Positions 22,726 through 31,403 of a stretch of DNA of 33,787 nt are shown here, one piece after another. Positions within the stretch are counted from its first letter, which is position 1; every line of letters starts with the position of its first letter. Source of the DNA: Lenisia limosa (Eukaryota; Protista; Breviatea); the NCBI GenBank assembly GCA_001655205.1, contig LPNZ01008087.1, positions 1 to 33,787 of the forward strand, given 5' to 3'. Under the pieces are notes generated by a model, which made no database searches, was not told where the DNA came from, and worked only from the letters and a program-made list of their open reading frames with translations. A program made the translations under genes and the position numbers.

Positions 22726-24225
22726 ATGAATCACCAACACATGAAGTCCACTATGCCTGATGAGACACAGCCTTTGTGCGAAAACGATGATGTTTCATGT
22801 TAGTTCTGGATAAAAAGTAATATGTTCAGTGAATGTTGAACCACGATCACTTGAAGACAAGCGAAATGAATATCTCCTCAAAGATAAAAAGTGGCCTGCT
22901 ATAGTTCTTTCCATTTTCCATTTACTTGTGAGTAAATGTTTTATTATTATTCCATTAGAGCTCTTCAGTTGTTCCAGTCTACAATAAATGGTCGTTTGGT
23001 TATTTCAAAAAAGAAGTCTGATTCATTTTTATTGACAGCTCTAGACTGGACACCCTTTTCCTTTGACAATTCTCTTTTCTCAGCTTTTTGGAATATCAAT
23101 TCTTCTTGTAATTTCCAAGTTTGTTCATATTGACTCTGATATTTAGTACCATTTCGCACTTAAATGGTTCAACAAATTCCTATATATTCAATCGCAATTT
23201 CCAACAAAAGTGTCTGAAGATTTTACCAGTGGTACTCTTATTCAGTGTCAATATCTCTTTGAACAATCTTGGACTCTGGTTCTCTTCCATTGTATTCCAT
23301 ATAGTTTTGAGAAGCACAGGGGTAGGTGAAGAGAGTTGTTAATGTCTAGATACTTTGGACTCTTCTTTTTGCATCAACAATCAAATCAGAAAAGCCATCG
23401 CTTTCTCAGATTGGTTGTTCACTTGTTCTTGGTTCGTTTGTGATATATATTAACGTTATCAGCTTGCGGAACTGTTCTTGCATCTTGGAGACTGCTTAAT
23501 CACCCAAAAACAGCACATACAGTTTTTTTTTTTTTTCATTAACCGCAGAATGATGTGTCAATCTATTTTGCACTTGGTGTTAATTTACTGAGTGCTATTA
23601 TTTCGGCCATTTCTTGTGAGGGGAATGATATGAGAGATAATTTGTTTAGCTCTTGTCTTAAGGAGGAGAGCAGTATGTTTACGCCTTCCTCTCAACCTTG
23701 GAGGTTTTGGAATGAGTTTAATTGAGGTTGGACTTGGTTGTTGTGGTAATTCCTTAGATCACTGCATTGAAGTTCCTTCTGTCCTCTTTCTTTGTGTTTG
23801 GTTTTGCTCTCTGTTTAGAAAGTGGTTCCTATCACAGGATTCCATTTAATTCTGAAAGTATGGATCTTGTTGGGGTACTATCTGTTGGGATCATTGTCAC
23901 TATGCTGTAAGAACATCAAATCCTAAGCTTGCCTTACTTTTAGGTATCAATCAACAGGAACAACCCTCATTGCAATAACCAAGGCAGTTTCAAATGGCAT
24001 CATTGGTCAGTGGAAAATGTAAGCTGTCTGTCAAGTGCATAACAATCACAGTATTCCTCAACTTTTGCTTGGATTGATTATTTTCAATGAAGTTGATAAC
24101 TGGGATATTCTCCTCTATATTGGCTTTATTTTGATGACCGTATCTTCAATTGCCTATGGTTATACAATTCAAAATGTAAGTCTTTTTTCAAATTTAATAT
24201 TCAGAAACGAACGCATGTTAATTGA
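22726..24225 (+). CDS. Triose-phosphate / nucleotide-sugar transporter family protein (SLC35/TPT, DMT fold)
   Basis: Spliced segments SSVVPVYNKWSFGY...HPFPLTILFSQL, KILPVVLLFSVNISLNNLGLWFSSIVFHIVLRSTG, and TTLIAITKAVSNGIIGQWKIIPQLLLGLIIFNE...IGFILMTVSSIAYGY follow the TPT-family pattern. Several introns are only 28-31 nt. The start may be 22726 or 22741. Confidence 0.8.
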
Positions 24226-24306
24226 ACACGATACTTTCGAAGAAATGGTACAGAGTATATCTTGTGACATTTATATTCCTTCTATTCCTGATTACCATAC
24301 GTGTGT

Positions 24307-25323
24307 TTACTGTGACTCAGATTCCTTTTCAAGTGCATTGGCTTCCTCTGTTTCTTGGTCTTGGAGCTGTGTCATTTGGCTATTGGGTAACAAAGGGATT
24401 TTGACCTACACATCCAAATGATCAAAGAATCCACGTACACTTCTTTGAGCAAGCAATTGTGAAACCTAAAAAAATGAGCATAATTGAAACATAAAATCGT
24501 AAAAAGATTTAGCAAAATGATGTGAATACCAAAAGAACCAAACCTGATTTATGGCTGCTCCAATTAAAGGCTTATATTCATCGAGAAGATAAAGTTCGAT
24601 TTTAAATGTCTCTGGTAGAGGTTTCTTACGGCCCTTATTGATTTCCTAAATGGTAAGCTTCAACATCATCTATTCACCAATGTTCTCAACTAACCTCAAC
24701 AAAAGCGTTATTGAGAATTTCCTCAACGTGCTTTCCAACTGCTCTCACCGCAATATCAAAAACAACCTGGAAAAATTAAAGCAAGTAGTACGCTTACTTG
24801 GCCGTATTCGTCAGCAAATTTCTTCCAACGCTCAGTTGCGTCTGAGTCAGAGAGTTTATCATCTTTTGTGAGCTATACTCATTAAGCTGTGAGACTTCTT
24901 CACCACATGATCTTAGTTATTTACCCATATTATATCTTCCATTGAGGAAATAGATGAAATGTTACATATATTTTTTCAAGACCACACCTTGACGAAGATT
25001 TCTTCGACTTTTCCCATTGACTTGTCGTGAACATCTTCTTCAACTGTGTCTACTATCTTCTGTAAAGCCTTATCTAGCACCGCACGAATCAAAACGGCAT
25101 TCTTGGTCACCTGTTTTGATAAAATACTAATTCAGTCGTTTTTGAAAAAGAAAACATAGACAAGAACACAAGGACAAACCTTCTCAACACTCTCCTGCTC
25201 ATTCTCCTTCTTTTTGCTTCTCCTCTTTCTGCGCTTCTTTGAATCACCAGATAGTGGCTTATTAATACTGCTGTTACTCAGGGCCTGGAAGGGGTTTTCC
25301 CGTTCATTTTTCACAGAGGACAT
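24307..25323 (-). CDS. Hypothetical protein with basic NLS-like patch (spliced; 3' end uncertain)
   Basis: MSSVKNERENPFQALS...KKRRKRRSKKK, then GT-AG-bounded open exons VTKNAVLIRAVLDKALQKIVD..., DDKLSDSDATERWKKFADEYGQ, VVFDIAVRAVGKHVEEILNNAFVE and EINKGRKKPLPETFKIELYLLDEYKPLIGAAINQ. No family recognised. Confidence 0.65.
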
Positions 25324-25669
25324 AATGGATGGGGTTCAAGGGGAATCCCAAGTGCTATATGCTTATCTTCTTATCTAAAAATTATCTTAATATCTTTGTC
25401 GTATTCTTTGTGTTTATTCTTTGAGGAGGAGGGGTTGGAAAAGGGGGGGGGAAGTTCAGTATGTAACTAGTGTAATAAAAATGTAACTGATGATGGTCAT
25501 TCTTTTTTTGTGAAGAAGAAGTTGAGAATTTATACTGTGATATCTAAGTGGTCTCCCCAGCCCCCTAATTTCTCCTCCTCGTTACACACAACTTGCGTAC
25601 GCTTCACTCTTTGAATAAGAAAGCTGTAGAAAGAGAAGAGAGTTTTACTTGAAGGAGTTTCAGTAGAAG

Positions 25670-27585
25670 ATGGATTACAAAGCAGCTAAAGAGGCTTTCG
25701 TTTGTGATATATTTGAATTGATTTATTAGGTATCAGACCTTCATGGGACGTCGTTTTTTCATGTTTCAACCGTTTCAATTTGTTCTATTTTAGTTTTTTG
25801 AGTATTTATGATCAGCTCCCGCAACTTCTGATCCATTATGGCATGTTTTACTTTTCTGTGAACAGGTGGTGTTCAAAGCAGTTCAGAAACTATGTTGAAG
25901 CTGTTGTGATCTTTGCGGTCTTTGTCATTTCTTCGTCATCTGAGTCTGCCGCACTTTATGGCTGCTTATGTTCAGCATTGCTTTTGCTTTTCTCTCATTT
26001 GTTTGTTATTTCTGCTTTTACGTTGTTTAGAGTCCGCCCTGACCTTAGTCAAGATCAAATTGCTGTGGTCTGTGCTCTTGTACCTGCATCTGACTTTGTT
26101 TTAGACTTGGAATCAAAAACAAAAACCATTTCTCACAATTTATCGTGCAACGTTGATGCTTTTAACGTGAGTTACCTTCAAGGTAACCTGTTCAGCATAT
26201 ATGCTATCTTGGCAGTTGATTTCCCCATTTTCCCTCGAGACCTTGCCAAGACGGAAGTAGCTGGAGTCAGTATTGTTGGTTGGGGCTTTGCAGCAAAGTC
26301 CACTCTGATAATATTGGTGTAAACATACATATCAATAGTAGTCTGATAATATGGGTGTAAACATACATCATATGATTAAGTTGGTTTGGAGGAATAAGTG
26401 TTTATAACCTTAGATGGACGCAGGAGTTGGCTGTTTTGTTGTGAGTATGGCCCTCGTTGCTCCGTCTGTCACGGTTGGTTAACCATTCACATCAAAGGAT
26501 AGAACACTACTATGATGACCTGTTTTATAATAACAGGCTTCCCAAAGCCCAATGTCTCGGATTGCATGGTCAATGAAAAAGTCAGCGCCTCTTCTTGTTC
26601 TTGGTGCAGCAAGGTTTATATCTGTTAGAGGAGTCAATTACCAAGTGGGAACCCGAAATTCAGTAACATTGTAGGAGCACTTGACAGAATACGGTGTCCA
26701 TTGGAATTTTTTTGTTACACTTGCTGGAGTTGCTTTTTTCTCAAGTCTATTCCCTGCCAAGTCAACTGCGGCCCTTGTGCTTTCTGCATGTCTTACCGTT
26801 GTTCATCAGGTCGGAATTGTGATCTCAAAAAAACTCTTATTGATTTTAGATGCTTCTCAATAATGGAATGAGTGACTATATTTTACATGCTCCACGGGAG
26901 ACTTTTGTGGATATGAATCGAGAAGGCATCTGTAGTTTAACTGGTATGCTAGGGTGAATTTGCACCCATTTAGATATGTTATTATGGAATAGGTTACCTG
27001 GCATTGTACTTTTTTGGAGTTGGTTTGGGACACATCCTGAAGGGAAGCAGAACCTATGCAGAGTGGAAGCAGCTATTGACAATATTATTCTCAGCAGTAA
27101 GAAACCAAATTCGTTATACTTTAGACGATAGTTTTATGGGCATTTACAGCTGAATTTTCATTATATGTTCAACCATCAAGAAGACTGGTATGGAAAAGTC
27201 ATTTGGTTATATCATTTTCAGTTGAACGCGGCTTATGTGGTATGGATTATGAGTCATTCTGTGACAACTCTTTTGTGTACAATGGTGCTCACATTCTTCG
27301 TCAACCCGGTATGGCAATGCAATAGTTCCCCTGATATCAACTCTAGGAAAGTAGCATCATTTATGCAGCTATTAATTCAAATCAACTCGCTTTATTTTTG
27401 ATTGCCAACATTTCAACAGGACTGGTGAATTTCTCATTACAGACAATATACACAGCAAATACCCAGGTACATTGTGTTATACTCTAACAACCAAGGCTGT
27501 AATAGTATTGGCATTTTACTTCATTGGAATATGTTCATTTGCCCTATCATTGCATCAACGAAGGATTGTACTTAAATTATGGTAA
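25670..27585 (+). CDS. PIGW: GPI inositol acyltransferase PIG-W/GWT1
   Basis: MDYKAAKEAFVSDLHGTS, AILAVDFPIFPRDLAKTE...MDAGVGCFV, TEYGVHWNFFVTLA, QPSRRLLNAAYVVW, AINSNQLALFLIANISTGLVN, and the end IVLKLW* are all characteristic of PIG-W/GWT1. Confidence 0.96.
26304..26368. repeat. Two 27-nt direct repeats (period 38) in a PIGW intron
   Basis: TCTGATAATATTGGTGTAAACATACAT (26304-26330) and TCTGATAATATGGGTGTAAACATACAT (26342-26368) differ by one mismatch. Confidence 0.9.
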
Positions 27586-27666
27586 AGAAAAGGGAATGAA
27601 CTGTTCTCCCTTTTTAAGTGGCTTTGTCGTGTTGAATTTCATCTTCTGGTAGAATTGTCAGTATTC

Positions 27667-29208
27667 TCATTTTTTTCTTGCCAATTGTCCTATATTCATG
27701 ACTACATTTCATCACTTACGATTATTGAACATATTTTGGAGTTTTGGAAAAACAAGGTCATCCTCTACAGTAGTTTTTCTGAGTTTTGGCGCTAAAAAAA
27801 GTTAGCCAGATCAAGAACGCACCTTTGGTAGGCTGCAAAACAGTTGGTAAGATGTTACCGTGTTCATTTACAGTTTTTCCATCAGAAATTTGAAAAGCAA
27901 CTCGTTTCAAGGATTCTTTTTGATTGAGGAAAGGTATAGAATTAAGATGAAAACCTAGATTATTCATTATTTCAAACAAAAAAACAAAAACCAAATCAAA
28001 GCATGAGTTCAAACCAACGCACCTGCTTGTTTTTCTTTGTGCACTATAGGTGGTACTGGTTGAGACTTTAACGATTTTTGGAGTTTTCTTTTTGCGGACT
28101 CACCATACTAAAATCAACGATTAACACCCCAATATGACGTACTCGGTAAACAGACGCGGCATTGGCAGTGAAGAGCAGTTGCTGTTCCTCCTGGTGAATG
28201 GTGAAGAAGAATAACGCTTATTATCTTACAGTCATTCCGTTGAGTATGGAAAATTCGTTCACGTTTTGCAAATGATGGTGTGATGAAATGTGTTCTAAAA
28301 CACAAAACCTAAAAACATGATTTATGACCATAAATAGCTAAGGGTGTTCCCAATAACTGTACTTGTAAATAAGAAATAATGGTCATTATGACAATTAAAT
28401 ATCAATAGTCTTTTAGTCTTCCGGTGATATATTATTATCAGATCATCATATTACAAGAAAATGGGTCCTAGTTCCAACTTATTTTCAATTTTTTTTCATA
28501 ACTAAATAGAGTATCATATATAGATTGCCTTAATAATTATACATTTCAACATTTGACAAATCAAATACAAAAATGAGAATAGTGATGAGTAATATTGTTT
28601 AGCTTTTACCCAGGCGGGCTTTTACAATTGGAAAAATAATACTTGTATAGTCTATTTACAGATGCAACATGTACAAGTGTACCAGGTGATACTACTCTAT
28701 TGACGATGAAAATCCCTCAAACGCTACAATTTGGTCTTGAACGTCTTGGGACTGTGACACTTCTGTCTTACAAAAATGACACCAGAACATATCAGAGAAC
28801 GTTGATTCTACAACGATCAAGAAGGACACACAACTACCATCATCCTTCAATGAACGTCTGAGACTTAAAGACTACTCAAAGTTACATTCATAAAGCTGCC
28901 TACCTTTTTCCCGTTAAGCCTTTTCAAAAAGGGCTCGTAAAGAAACGAAATCTTATTTATATGGTTGCTGAGATTCTTTTGGTGGGACTACGATATAATC
29001 CAATGATTTCTTTATTTGTGAACAACCCTACATTTAAAAACCTGTGTTTCTTTCCATCATCAGTTGAGGAGCGACATACCCTACACAGTTAGTTGTCATA
29101 CTTCATAACAATACCAAACTTGCAATAGAGATATGGGGTTCGATTCTTTTTGTCTATTCGGTAATTTTCCTCAATTCTCTTAAGATCATCCTCTGCTTGA
29201 GGCTTCAT
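27667..29208 (-). CDS. CENATAC: CENATAC/CCDC84 (plant TITAN-LIKE) homolog, minor-spliceosome-associated zinc-finger protein
   Basis: Spliced first finger YCKVCRSSTDDGKKHRFLNSHQKNL (C-x2-C-x9-H-x5-H, as in human CPLC...GHVYSRKH and plant CEVC...GRRHKYFPSH). Second finger FWCHFCKTEV...VLEHISSHHHLQNVNEF (compare WCLCCGCEV...LEHLASPEH). The end VFPKLQNMFNNRQLARKK* loosely resembles WLPSFGRVWNN. Recognised from memory, not by search. Confidence 0.75.
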
Positions 29209-29327
29209 CGTCGAAAAAGGTTGTTTGGGGTTTTTTGATTGTTTTTGAGTTTAAAGCACCAGTAGATCCATCGGATCATTCATATCTTTCTGAAAAAAAA
29301 AAAAAAACAGCAGGGAGGGAGAAAAAC

Positions 29328-29674
29328 ATGGACGATGTTGAAGAAAATATGGATCCTGGTGAGAAAGGAGTAGTTCATAGGGCTGGATTGGCGATGCAGG
29401 ACTTGGCTTCGATTTTGAGCTCCGGTTCTGATGAAGAAGAGTCTCTCCAAGACCCCTCACCCGCTCCTCCATCTGTTTTTCCAAGTGTTGTTAGCACAAA
29501 CTTGGTGGAGCTCAATATTTATCTTTCCCGTGAAGAATTCAAAGAGCTTGAGGTTTGTCGTCTTCGTATTTCAATTCTGTGTTTTGATTCATGTTCCTAC
29601 TGAAACCGGACGTAGTTCATTTTCTAGAGAAGAAGGCAAAAAAATGGACTAAATTCTTGCCTTGTCAGTTCTGA
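29328..29674 (+). CDS. 5' exons of a hypothetical protein (acidic/Ser-Pro N-terminus), divergent from CENATAC
   Basis: MDDVEENMDPGEKG...SSGSDEEESLQDPSPAPPSVFP...REEFKELE, GT-AG intron, then RRRQKNGLNSCLVSS. The downstream connection is unresolved. Confidence 0.55.
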
Positions 29675-30191
29675 GTAAGCGAGTTATTTGGCACGCAGAA
29701 AGCTGTGTGCACAGAGTTGTAAGGCAAATGATTGGGTGAATTATTATTATACTATAATCCAATATCTCTTATAAGTGTGATGGTGTGGACGGCTTCGGCC
29801 TGACACAACCTTGTTTTTATTTCTCATTGCTATATATTATATGAAACTTAACATAATTGGTACATATATGACTTACCATATTAGTTCAACTAACCTTATT
29901 AGCCAGATACATCCTTATTTTTTTTTTCTCATTGCTATGTATATGTAATGAGTGTGTACATATAGTACAGAACATAAGTAAATACATCTACAATAACAAT
30001 CCCACGTATCATGTGATATATCGATATAGTACAAACAGTCACATACAATCTCTTGCAGTATTTTCCCATCTCTCTCCACCCTATTACTCTTTTATTATTA
30101 TTTTCTGAAGTGGCCTTTCTTAGTTCATTTTTTATCATTTCGATTATTGTTGTAGTAATTGAAATATTGATACTCACTATTTACTCCGCAG

Positions 30192-30636
30192 TCCTGTACC
30201 TCCTGGGCTACCCTGGCTTGGTGGCCTGGGTACTACATTCCATTAGGTCCCCAGAAAGACGGGCAAAGCTGAAAGTCCGACAAAGGTAGGGGGAGGGGGC
30301 CTGTGTAAATCCTGGAATACATAATATTCTCCAACCGGAAATAAAACTATCTAATTTCCCTCCTACCAGACTGGGAGTTTTTATCTTTACCCCCCTCACC
30401 TGCAGAAGCGACTGGCTTGGGCGTTGATTTTTTCTTTTTGTTGTTGTTTTCAGCCTTTGTGAAGCTTGATTTTGGGCTTCTTTTTTTGTCACATGTTTTC
30501 CCATTATACCTCCCCCAGACTGGGCGTTCTTTATCGTCGATTCCGTCTTGGGTTCTTCTACTGGGAGCTGGCCATTATGCTGAGGACGGTCTTGCTTTGC
30601 GTCATTTTGCGCGTTGTTACGTCGGCTACTTCCCAG
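30192..30636 (+). CDS. Two exons of a multi-pass membrane module (GFLY...YWE...R type seen in large protist/fungal TRP-like membrane proteins), fragment
   Basis: 30192-30285 and 30519-30636 splice in frame to LYLLGYPGLVAWVLHSIRSPERRAKLKVRQRLGVLYRRFRLGFFYWELAIMLRTVLLCVIL. This matches the recurrent Y..G.P...R...R.G.LY..Y....YWE....R pattern. Confidence 0.6.
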
Positions 30637-30886
30637 GTGCGAGGGGAGGGGGGGGAGAGTTAAATGAGGAAATTTCGATGAAATAAAGGTATTAATCACG
30701 AACCGAATAATCTGAAACTCCAAACAAACAAAAAAACAAGCAATACTCGAGCAACCGACGCTAAAACTAGACAAAAGCCAGATGACAAAAACAAAGCAGG
30801 GGGGAAAGGCTGAAAGAATGTAGTGTGTGNNNNNNNNNNTTTATGTTTCATTTGAATGAGGTTGTTACTTCTGTTTTACCATCTAG

Positions 30887-31344
30887 ACCCAGTGCAGGGG
30901 ATGCAGTGCACACAGCCTACCTTAAACGAGGGGAGGGACAAAAGGCCCTTAGTACTTCACGACCAAGGTTTGTATCATCTTGAATGTTTTTTTAGCTACC
31001 CTATGTAGTGTTTTCTTCTACCTTTAAATCAAGTGGGTAATGGATATCATCATTCATATTCTATGTGATGCGTACATTTCTTCAAGAACAAGATCTTCTC
31101 TAACTTGATAATGCAACTGGCGGCTCCTCGGGGGAGTATTATTGAAAGCAATTTATTTTCTGGTGCTTGAGATAGGCAACATTTAGACATCATATTAATA
31201 TGAAGCACTGCGATTGACCATTTTCTAACCCTATTTACTTTGAAATTGTTTCCATTTTGTTTTGAAATTTCCAGGTCCCCTGAAAGAAGGCGGTCAGCTT
31301 ATCGGGAGTATGTGGATCAGATTGGTGGATCCCCACAACCTTGA
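30887..31344 (+). CDS. Probable terminal exons of the preceding + strand gene (after the 30830-30839 gap)
   Basis: 30887-30967 and 31275-31344 are GT-AG-bounded and open in frame: PSAGDAVHTAYLKRGEGQKALSTSRPRSPERRRSAYREYVDQIGGSPQP*. An alternative frame ends at 31378. Confidence 0.4.
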
Positions 31345-31403
31345 TTTCATTTGTAATTTGTTTCTTCTTATTTATTAATTGTACCACTGCTGAAAAAGGT
31401 CAT

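Noticed and set aside
28900-29010. Apparent TAA-to-Gln recoding (PYK*DFVSLRALFEKA*REK) in the CENATAC region
   Set aside because: A 44-nt GT-AG intron restores an open frame (HRFLN|SHQKNL) with the expected H-x5-H spacing, and other genes here end in TAA, TAG or TGA.
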